DNA from: Lama glama
Lineage: Eukaryota
DNA: 64,000 bases
Assembly (NCBI GenBank): GCA_028534125.1
Contig: CM052817.1
Span: 43,154,001 to 43,218,000 of the forward strand
Direction of reading: 5' to 3'
The notes under the pieces are model-generated. The model was given only the letters and a program-made list of their open reading frames with translations, had not been told where the DNA came from and did no database searches. The position numbers and the translations under genes are program-made. Below, one piece after another: positions 1-11,917 of the stretch (position 1 is the first letter of the stretch; the number at the start of each line of letters is the position of its first letter).

Positions 1-184
1 TGGGAAAGCCTTAACTCAAAAATGTTTGTGAATACCTCCTCCACCTCAGACTCCTCAGGCACCCATTAATACTCCAGCTGCCTCCAGAATATTAAAAGTC
101 CCCTAGTCCCTTAAGCCTGCTCAAGGTCCCACTCCAAGCAAAGGCCAATGCTTGACGTGCACAGGAGCTAATTAAGGAGGCCAC

Positions 185-320
185 ATGTAGTGGAAAGAGT
201 GCTAAATTAAAGTCCTGGGACTTAAATTCTGCTCTCCATAACCAACACCAACAGTGTGACTTTTGGGTTCATCCCTTACTCTACTTTCTCATAGTTAAAT
301 AAGGGAACTAAAATTGGATA
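185..320 (+). mobile_element. MIR-family SINE fragment
   Basis: Degenerate MIR-like core: tagtggaaagagtgct...tgtgactttt...ttctcatagttaaataaggg. Confidence 0.5.
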
Positions 321-2414
321 ATTGCTACAATTATGGGAGATTTAATGATGCACTAGCATTTCAAAATAAAGACTGTTAGTCCAACAACACCGAAGGCAGT
401 TAATAGACTACTTGGGATATTCTCTGAAGGAAGCTGAGAAGGTCTTAGCCTTAATTCAGATTCCTGTACACAATCCACCACCCCATTCCTGTATTTAGTC
501 TTTCAAAATGCAAAATTCAGTAGAATTGACCTCAAAATATCCATAATGACCCACCACAACCTTTTATACATGTAGCCTTTATTAAGAAAGACAGCCACTA
601 CTCTAAAGTGAGAACACATTTGAACCTTGATTCTGAAACAGGAGGTTCTCATGGCAGAAATTTGTGGGACATTAGAATAGTTACATCCAACTTTGAACAT
701 GATGGGTTCATATAGCACCTTGCAAACTCGCTTCCAATATTCCTTAGGGACAGGGTACTACTGGCAAAATGCCACACACAAACGCATTTTTTAAAATCCA
801 TGGATCGGCAACATTTCTTAAGTTGCCACTTCAGTGAACTGAAAAACATAAATCCTGTAACAGCTAGCTTCACTGGGTTTTTTAAAAATATATAACCATC
901 AATTTGGATTGAGATCCTTAGAACTATATAAATAATACTCTGCTAAAAGATGAAAAATTAACAAAGATTTAACAATCTAGGTAACCATTCACTAGGATTT
1001 GAACTAGGCTAGTTGGTAAACAAACAAAAAAACCTATCTAGCTCTACATTACTGCACTGCAACGCCGGTTAATTAGCTTACAAACTTCTGTTATTGATCA
1101 CAAGAGAGACCATTAAAAGCCTATGCACAGCTGAGCACACACACATCCAACTTCTGGAAAAATAACTCAAAACACATGTCCTACTGAGCATGAGTCAGTG
1201 GCATCATTTTTTTGTACACAAAGAATAGACCATTAACATTCAGTAGGAGAGATTCTGCTATGTAGGCCAGAGACTGAGAAAGTGGGTCATGGCCAGTGAT
1301 GCATAATCCCACTCCCTAGAAAAACAGTCCTGACAACACTCATTAAATAAAATATTTTACTGTATCATGTGTAAGTCATTTCAGTACTAATACCTTAATG
1401 ACTCCAGAATGAACAGTAAAATTTAGACTAACCACCAACCATCTCATTTAAAAGACAATACTTAGGTATGGAAAACAGCTCTAGCCAGCCCTAACAATGG
1501 CCCAGCCATAAAAATTTTTAAAAGAATAAAAATTTTAAAATAAGAATTAAGGAAAATAAATAAATGCAGCAATTAGGCAAGGGAAGTGGAGTCTTGGAAA
1601 CCTCTCTTCCAGGGTACCAAAGAAGAAACACAAGATGTTGAGGGTGATAATGATTAGTTACTAACAAAACTACATAAAGACTTTGTTTGCTACCCTCTGG
1701 TCTGTTACGCTAGACTTAACAAATTCTCTGATCTATAAAAAATTTCAGTGTTTCTCTACCTAGAAAATGAGCACCCCCAATAACATACAGACTAGAGGGG
1801 TCCCCCAAAGTAATGATCATGTGTTTCCTTCACCCAAAGCATTAAGGAGATGAGATCCCCTTCTTGTTAACCTCTCATTCTCTTAGACACTGGCTGTCGC
1901 ATCACACCTTCGTACTATCAGCCACTCTAGAGAAAGTCATAGCCACTTGACCATTTCCAATACTATTACTTCCTGAAGATTAGGTACTCAGAGCACATCT
2001 GCAGCTTGCTCTCTTTGTCCCACAGTAGTGAGATTCTTAAAGATGACCTGGGTCAAGGGAGCTTAGACTAGAATATTTCTGAGAGTCATACCAAATAAGA
2101 GGAATAATGCAGTACCCACAAAACAAAGATGTACTATTTGTGTAATCATAACAGAAACAGAGCAGGCTAAGAATCCAAAAATAAATTTGGTCATTTTTTT
2201 AATCCATCTATGTAATGCTATACCTACATTATTATCAAATATCTCTATCTACTTATTTTACTTTCTATAAAGGGACATACCTTAAAAAACAGGGCCAATC
2301 TGCTCCTAAATATCAACTGAACAAATACTGTTTTGGATTTGACAAATACTGCTGTTATACAATTGATTTACAGTAAATTTTTACAGGCCTTCTGACTGCT
2401 TTTCAAGTCAAGAA

Positions 2415-3075
2415 CTCAATCACTTACAAATGTACTGAGTACCTATCGTAAGTACAGCACTGCAAGAGATAAAAGATGAGTGTAAGCCAAATCTTAAAGG
2501 AGCTCTTAATCTTACAGGAAACTTTTTATTAGACATTTTATTGTAGGAGAACAAAGCTATGCAAAACAAGTGCAATATGAGCAACAGTTGCTACACAGGG
2601 CATCAAGGGAAGGCGTAATTACACTCATTTGGGTGCAAATGGGGTTTCACGAAAAAATAAAGATTGCAAAAAAGTAACTGTATTTTAACTGCATGCTGCA
2701 AGACTCCATTTCAACTGAATTGGGGAGGCAGGTGTCTGCATTCCAGGCAATGGTAATAATATAAATTGAAAAATAGGAGTGAGAAAGTATGAGAGAAGTG
2801 CAGAAAATATCAAGTACATGTGCAGCAATAATACACACCTAACTAAGGTTACCATGAGAGATGAAGGCTAGAGAGGGGCTTGGAGTCACATTACAGAGGA
2901 CCTGGAATCCCAGAGGAATGAGTTTGTACTTCAGAAGTCCACTTCAGGAAGAATAAATTGGAGGGAATACAAAAGCAGATTTCATGAGTAAAGAGCCTGA
3001 GAGGAAAAGTCCACATGAGAACATAATTCTCTAAGAAGTAATAGGGACCCAAACTACACCTGACAGCACTAGAAA
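2415..3075 (-). mobile_element. L2 LINE fragments
   Basis: Reverse complement of an L2 3' end (caaatgtactgagtacctat...aaggagctcttaatct), followed by purine-rich L2-like sequence. Confidence 0.55.
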
Positions 3076-6000
3076 CAAAAAGTAACTAATTCCTCACACA
3101 TGTCATGGTTAAACTTTCTATCCATAAACTCAGTCAGAGAAAGTTTACCATAACCCTTCCTCATATATTCTTTACAAATAAAAATGTAAAAAATGATAAC
3201 ATTTACTTCCAGATACCCTCCTAAATACATATATTACAAATGAGTCACTTGGAGAATGAACCCAAATTATTAAAATGACAAAAACAGCAACTAAGGTGCA
3301 CATCCTTTGAAACAAACAGCACTCTGAAATGCCACACAACTTTATTTGATTCCCTATCTCAAGGATACCACATAAGGCAACTTCCTAGAAAAGGCATTTT
3401 CCCAATGATTAAGTAACAATTTTGTATCATGTGATAAAAAATAAATTGCTCTCCTATGTTGAAGTTTGCCAAAGAACTCAAATGCATGATAATCAATCTT
3501 TTCACTATGGTCTCAATCCTAAAATTGTTCATCATTACCCCTCCTTTCCCATGCTCCTCTCTTATCAGCTGGAGAAGTAAGAATCAGTTACACAGACAGA
3601 ATCAGAGAATGCTGAAATCGGAAAAAGATGCTACAGATTCATCTTTACCCACTTCATTTTTTTTCTTGAGGAAAGTGAGGTCAAATGTCATAAAGTGAGT
3701 TAGTGGCATTAATTGGGATTAGCAGCTGGTCCAATTTCCTTGTTTTTTTGTTTGCTTTTTTTAATAGTTGCCTCCAAGAAGGCATCATTTCAAAATTTAA
3801 TAAAATATTAAAATAGGAAAACTAGTAGCAAGAATTGTTTCACATTTTAAAATAATATCCATTGCAAAATGCCTCTCCTAAACGCTACATCCAAACTATG
3901 CTCTTAGTGTTACTGGAATTCTACAAGACTAGGACAAACCCAAATTTCCAAAAACAAAGTCCCTCTGTGGAAAGGCCCAACAACCACTTTCCTGCAGAAA
4001 GACTCGAAACTTAGCAGAAATGTGCTGACTGATCTCATTTGTAAAGATGATACACACAGACAGAGAATCTCCAAATTAACTAAGTGCCGAACTATTTAAA
4101 ACAGCTCAGTCATTAACCACTCAACTTCCCAACTCAGTCCCCTAAAAATAGTGGCTTGTGGGTACATGAATGGTTCACCAGATGGATGCAGAATAAAAGC
4201 AAGGAATGAGCAGTCTCAAGCCCTTGCATATGAAACCTTATGCAGCTTTGAAATTGCCATTCAGACTCAATTTCAAAATTCCACATCAAGGCTTTAATCA
4301 TTTTGATAGCTACCAAATGTTTTCTAAAAAATGTATACGCTCTAGTTTAAGTTTTGACAAAAAAAAAAAAAAACAGGAGGGAAGGGGTGAAAGAGAAACC
4401 CAGATAATATACAAGATCAGTAAAGAACGTCAAAGATCAGGAATCCATGTAAGGATGGACATCAATTCTGCCTTCTATCTTCCTTAATACTAACAACATC
4501 AATTTTCTGTTTTTCCCTCCTGTGGAACCCATAATGGAAAGCAACTAAAAAACATTAATTTATTTCCATTATTTTTAATGACCAAAGACAACCTCTCCAA
4601 TTGGCTCAGCATGAAAATGTCAGCCCTAACCACACAAAGTTGACTACAGCTAAAAGCAAAGGAATTTGACATATTAGTGCAATTTAGCACCTTTACTGGA
4701 GATAAATGTATAGTTCCCATTACATATTTTTGAAATATTGAAAGCTGGGAATTGTTTTACTATTAATATTTTGTCCTTGAATAAAACTGCCATCTCTAGA
4801 GAAAGTGTATCAGCAATCAAAATTACATCCTAGGAGCTATCCCTACAATGATAACATAAACAACCCAAAAGAGAAGTTATGTGTTAATTAGATTCTACAT
4901 AATATCCTCTGCTGTAAATTACTTTCATATTATTGTAAAAGCATATGCTTATATCAAGATCAAACTTCTGTAAGCCTGATTGAAATTTTAAAATGATATG
5001 TGGCTGACTGTCATATAATAATTACCTAATCAAAACAATTACGCTATTTTACAAACATAAATGTGATACTTAATTCAGGATAAATGTAATACCTAATATA
5101 AAAGCCAGTTATCATAATGCCAGAGTCAGATTTCACTGTAAGCTTATAACCAAATCTGAACTTAATACTGACCCATATTTACTGAGAGATTTGGCATGCA
5201 CTGTTAGGTATTGTCACACGTTATCTTGTTAATATCACACATTATTCATCTTCATAACAGATAATAACTCTGTGTTATAGAAAAGGAAACAATGTTTCCT
5301 GATAGTTTAATTCAACCATAACAAAAGATTGCTAGACAGGAATTAAGGATACAGAGATAAACAAGACTGTGCTGAAAAAGTTCATCATCCAAAAAGGCTT
5401 TCAAAATCAACTGTAGAATAGAAAACAATTTCAGAATTGCATGTAAAAATACTTTTCATTTAACTTGGCCACCTTTGCTAAATAAAGAAAAATATAATGC
5501 CAACAGAGAAAGAAAACTTAAGGGGGCAGCCACGTTATTCTTTCTTTGCTGTTTCAAGGAAGCTAAGTGAAATGGCACTTCGCCTTCAACAAACTTTTGT
5601 CTTCAAACTTTGTGTTCACCAAAGTACAAATCAACGTCTCCAGGCCCCCGCAGAAGACCTCTGAGGGGAAAAGAATTAAAGAACCCTCCATTGGTGCTTC
5701 TTAATTTGCTAGTTAGTGCTTGAATTCTATTAAAGTATTCTCTGCCTTAAAAGAAAAAAAAAGATTTAAAAATCATTTCCTTCGAAAAATGCTGAATGTC
5801 CGTGATATGTGAGGCAATTTTTGTGACACAAAAAGCAATTAAGACAGAGTCCTTCTAGCCTCAAGAATTTTACTATCTGCTAGAGGCGTTGAGACAGGAA
5901 CAATAATTAATCACCTCAGCGTTTCCAAGTGCTTACATAACTGTATCTCAAGACAAAAGATTAAAGGTGATAAGGGGGTAAAAAGCAAATAGCTACAAAT

Positions 6001-6189
6001 GTCCACAGGAAGAAGAGAGTAATGTAAACAGCAGTTAGGAAGCTAGAATCAGACAGGCAAAGGCAGAGCGAGAGGCAAACACAAGGCTCAGTCACAGGAC
6101 AAGGAGAGGAGCACACTGTGGATGGGGCCAAGAGTATTCTCAGGAAACAACCACAGCAAAGATTTAGAAGGCAGGTTAAGGATCCTAAA

Positions 6190-7590
6190 AAATGGATCAA
6201 GTAAGACGACTTCTCAGCGACTATTTGCTCCTTCCCCTTCACGCCTGAGTCTCCAGGCATCAGATTTTCCTGGTATTCCTTATGACTCTCGGCAGCTCCC
6301 TTTAGAGTCTCTGCCTACTCTAAATCACCAGTTCTCAAGGTATCGTTCCTGAACCAGTAGTGTGTGCATTGATGAGCAAGCTGGCAGACATGCAAATTAT
6401 GGGCTCCGCCCAGACACACAAAATCAACTTTGGAGGTTGGGCTCAGCAATCTGTGTTTTACCAAGCCCCAGCAATCTGTGGTTTACCACAGCCTCCAATA
6501 AATGATTCTGATGAACTCTAATGTTTGAGATCAATGTTCCACAGGAGTCCTTCATGAGCGCCTTATCCTTCTCATTAAACACTCTCTCCCTATATTCAAC
6601 CCCTCCCAAGGATGAAAATAACAGCCAAATGCTCACTGATCAGAAATACCTGACTCTAAAGGTGCCCAAACACCTTTGCTGAGCTCCACACCATCTATTA
6701 AACTTTCCACTTGACATTTATTTCCTCCCAGTTACCTCAGCTAAACAGGTCTGGAATTACAGGATATCCTCCCAACCCACCCTCTCAAAAATTTGTTCCT
6801 TCTTTACTCTTCCCCATCTCAGTAAACGACACCACCATCCAAGAGTTGCATAAGGAAGTCATTCTTCACACTTCCTACAACACTCCCTTTCCTATCCAGT
6901 TCACCAACAGGTCTCCTCATTTAAGCATGAATAACACTGGTCTCCATCCCCACTGCCACCATCTTAACTAATCATCTAATCTGTATGCCTCAGTCTCGAG
7001 CAACACCATGACCTGACGAAAATATAAATCAGAGCATGTTACAGCCCTAATTTAAATCCTTCAGTAGCTTCCTGCTGCACTTTCAGATAAAAATCTAAAA
7101 TCCCCAACATGGCATACAAAGCCTGGGATCCCGATCATCTCCCCAAAATCATCTTGAGTCCTGCTTCCATGGGATTCACTCACTATAGTCCATAGCTATG
7201 GACAGACTTCAGTTCCTGAAATTCTCCCCTACACAGGAACTTACCTATTCATGACATACTTCACACCACCCCATTTTCACACCTCTGCCTTTACTGAACT
7301 TTTCTCATACTTTAGATCCCTATTAAAATGTCCAAAAAAATACTTCATCTTCCAATATAAAATAAAATCAGTTATCCTCTCATAAAACCCTGTGCTTTAG
7401 TTTCATGACAATTATCAAAATTGTTAACTATGTTAGCCTGATTATTCTTGTTTGTTTAATATTTATCTTCTACATGAGACTGTGAGTTCCATGAGGTCAG
7501 AGAAATATGTTTGTTTTCCACTGTATATATATAGCACCTAGTACAGAGCCAGGCATAAAAAAAGGCATTTAATAAATAGTTATGGAATAG
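6190..7590 (+). mobile_element. L2 LINE interrupted by a MER5 element
   Basis: L2 hallmarks: cttccccatctcagtaaacgacaccaccatcc, and 3' end gactgtgagttccatgaggtcag...gcacctagtacagagccaggcat...taataaatagtt. Confidence 0.75.
6326..6540. mobile_element. MER5A-like hAT-Charlie DNA transposon with an internal ~25-bp tandem duplication
   Basis: ttctcaag...atgcaaatt...gggctcagcaatctgtgttttaccaagccc...tgattctgatg...tttgaga. Duplicated unit at 6444-6468 and 6469-6493. Confidence 0.75.
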
Positions 7591-8084
7591 TAACAGTTGT
7601 CAATATCTTTGTCAAATCCTCCACTTCTGCTCACTCTAATTTCTCGGGAACTTTAGCTTATAAGTTACTGGGTTGCCACAGATAATTTCTGCGAATGAGA
7701 TACCGTGTTTAAATAACACGGCATGTAATCCAAAAACCAGTCCTTTGCTTTAACAAAAACTTGGAAGGTTACATTGAATTATATGTGCTTGACAAACTGA
7801 CACTGTTTCAAGCTAAAATTTACATATAGCTCTACCTCAATTCTACAACCCAAAGGTGGATTTGCACTCCTGAAACTGGACTGTTTTTGAGGAGAACTAT
7901 GAAAACACCCCACTGTGATATCAGTCCTGTAAACTTTGAGCAGGAACTAAGAAGGTGCAAGTTGTCAGCATTTTCAAATATATAAATACTTAACTAGAAA
8001 GAGATTACGACACAAAGCATATAATATTTCAGAGAGGAAACTATTCCAACAGTTCAGTTATAACATAGGGTTTTTTAAAAATTA

Positions 8085-8165
8085 AATATATATAATTTAC
8101 ATACATACATGTGCATGTATATATATATACACATATACATACATACCTATACGTACACACACACA
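8085..8165. repeat. (TA)/(TACA)/(CA) low-complexity microsatellite
   Basis: Directly visible. Abuts the MER82 terminus, consistent with a TA target site. Confidence 0.85.
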
Positions 8166-8802
8166 CAGTGGATCCTCATTATGTGGGGAGTTATTTGTAA
8201 ATCTGCTTACTTGCTAAAATTTATTTGTATCCCCGAAAGCAATACAATATCCCCAAATCAATACAATGGCATTTTCACAGTCATTTACAGACATGTGCAT
8301 AGTGATGAAAATTTTGAGGAGGCCAGCTGGGATCAATGAGGTATTGCTCTGCCTTCTTGTTTCAGCTCTCATCCTGTAAGCAAGCACCCATTTCAAGGTC
8401 TATGTAGTGTTACGTTTTTCTCATTTTTGTGTTTTTTATTGGTGATTTTGTTGTTTAAAATGCTCCCCAAGGATACTGCCCAAGTGTTGTCTACGTAGTG
8501 TTTCTAAGCACAAGAAGGGCATAATTTTTCCTTTACAGAGGAAATACGTATATTAGATAAGCTTCATTTAGGCAAGAGTTACAGTACTACTGGCCATGAG
8601 TTCAGTGTTAATGAGTCAACAATATATATTAAACAAGGCGTCTATAAACAGAAACACACATAAAACAAGGTACCTTATTGACTGGCTGACAAAAATGTTG
8701 TGAAAAGAGGCTTGCTGTATCCTAACACTGTATTTCCCCTAAGAGAAATGACTCAGTATTTGCTAAATCACCATTCACTACTGGGAATAATGAGAATCAA
8801 AT
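8166..8802. mobile_element. MER82-like TcMar-Tigger DNA transposon, near full length
   Basis: Begins cagtggatcctcattat; internal ctctgccttcttgtttcagctctcat and aaacagaaacacacataaaacaagg; ends gaataatgagaatcaa. Confidence 0.8.
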
Positions 8803-11128
8803 ACGTATATGGAGTTGTGGGGAGACAGCACTCATACCAGGTTTACTGAAGACTCAAAGATACTGCAGAGGTCATCCTGGGCAAGCTGCCTGTGTTTGCA
8901 GTAGCATGGAGAAAACACCTCAGAACATAGCATCTACAGAGCCTCGGCTCTAGTTAAACAACGCAGACATAAAGCAAAGTGTAAAATCTACTAAGTTTGT
9001 TTTTTGATCTGGCTTTGCTTCTACTCCTTTTGGTACACCCTCTCCCCAGTTCAGGAACTCTAAACTTTAGTATTTTTTTCAGAAGCATTTGCTCTAATCT
9101 TACAATCCGGCAAATGTATCTGTAAATTACTGAATGACTTCTTGAATGTAAATTACACTTGTGCTTAAACATCTTGTCTAAACTGTGACATTACTCATCT
9201 GGAAAGAAGAGGGGATATTAAGCACCTAAAATAACAATATGTCAAGATCAAAAAGTAAACTGAATATAGTTAATTCCGATTGTGTGCATGCTGAAGAGAA
9301 GACACACACAAGTGAACAAAGCGAGGCTCAGGCTTCCCAGGGAAGCTTAAAGCCTAGTTCCAGGAGCTGGGGTGTTGAGTGGGGAAGTACCATCTTCCAA
9401 AAGGGTTTGTTCAACCTTCCTCTTAACACTTGATTATGGATTCTTCCAAGAGAAATGACAAATTTATGGCACAAGTCAGTGGAACACTCTAACAGTGACA
9501 TGAGTGACTGAAAGAAAATTTTTGAGTGAGCGCTCCCCTTTTGAAATTCATTTTTATTTTCGTTTTCCAAAATTATTTTCTATTACAAATTGTGTGCTTA
9601 AGGTAATAATAGGACATGCTTGGTCCTATTAGCAGTTGTAGAAATCTAAACCCAAAGTCTAGACTGATGAAATGTCAATGATTTACTTCTATTAAATAAA
9701 AGGCCCGTCAGGGATTTAGTGAAATGAACTGAGTCTAATATTACTCAAGCCACACTTCAATTAGTTACTACAACAACTCAAAGACAGAAGTACAGCATGT
9801 GCGTTAATAGCCACATCTTCTTAAAACTTACTACTCAATCTAAACCAACACTTGAAACTCATGTAGTAATAAACAGCTAGGAAATTTTACAGCATAGTAA
9901 ATCTGTCTATCAACACCAATTACCATACATTCATTGTTTGAAAAGCTAAGGATCCTCCTTCCACCTCTCTTAAGGTTCAGCTAGGTTCATTATTAGGGGC
10001 AATGGCCTGCAAAACAAAGACATCCGTCCCTGAATAATTCAAGATTTCTTTCTCTTTAGAATACTTTATAGACAAGAACGTTCAGGATTTTCTCTTGTAC
10101 TAATCAGCTATTGTTTACGGCATTTCAAAAAACACAAGCGGACTCTCAGTCTACTGTCTTCAAACCAAATCAACAGCTGACTCTCAGAGAACCAAAACGA
10201 CTGTCTTCGCACTTAAAAGGGCTCCTTATTTCTTATGACTTTTTCAAAGTATTTACTTTGTAACACCATTCTGCAATTAAAAACTCAAAAGTCAATGAAG
10301 TATGCAATTAAACAAGAGAGCATCTCCTACAAGCCAATTATACAAGAAATACAAAATTCAAGTGGAGGATTTTTTTTTAATGGAGTAAACTTTTTTGTAA
10401 GCAGACTTGCAACTGCTGACATAGCCTGGTAAAGATAATGAAGGACTGAACACAAAACTTCCCAAAAGAAAGTTAACCCGTTTTCGTAGCGCTTCTTAAA
10501 GTACTATCAAAGAGACATACTGAAGGGGTATGACTAGCACCTTGTCTTTTAGAGAAGATTCTAAATAACAAAGATAAGTGGATTTTAAGTTCACCTACCC
10601 CCCCAAGCAACCTGCTAACTGAATCTGGGGCAAAGTATCACCTCCATCATGCGCGCACACAGAAATAAATTGTTTTTCAAACTGATGAGTGTGCAAGAGC
10701 AAACCCCGGCTTAACACCAAGGGTTGCAGGGTCCCGTGCCCTGCGGAGCGGGTGTGGAGGCCAACGAATGACACCCGCCTGAGCCACCGCTGGGAGAGAA
10801 GAGCCCCAATCGTGCTCGATCTGATCCTCTCATGAGTCACTTGTCCAAGCCTGACACCACAGCACTCGCTAAGGCGTTTTCTATGCATTTCCTTGCATCA
10901 AGAAGGGCTGAAAATGACTTAAACTAGTAAGGAAAGAATTGTGCACCGGAGCTGCCAGCGGCGAGAAAAGCCGGCTTAAGAGCCCCCGCTGGCCGGCGGA
11001 GCAGGCAGAAGGGGGAAGAAGAGTTAGCCTAGAGGGCGAGGAGGGAAGCGGGTGAGAACCGGGAGAAGCTACCACCACACCCCAGCCCTCCCTCACCTGC
11101 CTGCCCGAGCCTCCCCGGGCGCCCGTAC

Positions 11129-11300
11129 CTTCGGCCAGCGACTCCTCCAGGGTGACCTGGTAGCGGCCGACCGCGAACACCCGGACCCCAACGGACGAGC
11201 TACCAGAGCCGGAGCCGACCCCGGCCCCGCCGGCCCCGCCACCCGCCGCTCCGCCGCCGCCGCCGCCCTCCGACTTGGGCATTCGAGAGAACTTCTTCAT
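11129..11300 (-). CDS. BMP2K: BMP2-inducible protein kinase, coding exon 1 (57 codons + 1 nt; Gly-rich N-terminus and start of kinase domain)
   Basis: Translation MKKFSRMPKSEGGGGGGAAGGGAGGAGVGSGSGSSSVGVRVFAVGRYQVTLEESLAE(G) matches the recalled mammalian BMP2K N-terminus. Kozak context GGGACCATGA (A at -3). Phase-1 donor GAAG|GTACGG with GT at 11128-11127 splits the kinase Gly-rich loop (LAEG-GF). Confidence 0.97.
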
Positions 11301-11860
11301 GGTCCCGCCGGCGCGCTGGAGGGCGCGGGGAGCGCGCGAGGGCGAGCGAGAGGGAGAGTGGCCGGCCCGGCGCGCGGCCGGGCGTCCGCGAGAGGTCGCC
11401 GCCCCTCGCCCGTCCGAGGGTCCGTGCGCGCTGCGGCCCGCCGAGCCTCACATTCCGCGCCCCCCGAGCGCACTTCCCCGGCCCCTCCGCCCGCTCCGCG
11501 GCTCCGCTGCAGCTGCCCGGCTCCCGCAGAGGGCGGCGAGGAGGGCGGGGACGGGGCGGGGCGCGAGGGGGCGGGCCCGAGTGCGGGGGCGACGCCGCCG
11601 CCTCCGCCAGTGCCCCGGGCGCCCTCGCCGCCTCCCCAAGTGCCCGGAGCGCGAGCCCCGGAGGAGGGCGCGAGAGAGGGAGATGGGGAAGGGGGCGGGG
11701 CGGCCGGGCCCTCCGGGGAGTGGGCTGGACCCCGGGCTGCACACCCTCTGGACCGCAGCCCGCAGCACGGCCAGCGCCCCAGCCGAACCCGTGCCGCCCG
11801 CCACTCGCGGCCGTTGGCGGCGCGGCGCCCCTGCCAACCGGTCGCCGAGGCCGGGGGCCC

Positions 11861-11917
11861 TGCGCAGGCGCGGTGCCTGCGCCGCCGGAAGTGACGGTTC
11901 CGGCTCTTGTCACGTGG
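11861..11917. promoter_or_regulatory. NRF1 + ETS/CRE-half + inverted ETS + E-box motif cluster
   Basis: TGCGCAGGCGCG (11861-11872), CCGGAAGTGACG (11885-11896), TTCCGG (11898-11903) and GTCACGTGG (11909-11917) within 57 bp. Confidence 0.7.

Larger units (their letters stand above)
1..11128 (-). other. BMP2K: BMP2K intron 1 (partial; continues past the window start)
   Basis: Follows the exon-1 donor. I saw no exon-2-like sequence (expected to begin GFSTVFLVR...) in 1-11128. AT-rich and contains repeats. Confidence 0.88.

Noticed and set aside
10881..11128. Read-through of the BMP2K ORF beyond the donor (139-aa ORF)
   Set aside because: Sequence after LAEG is intronic: a canonical GT donor is present and similarity to the kinase ends there.
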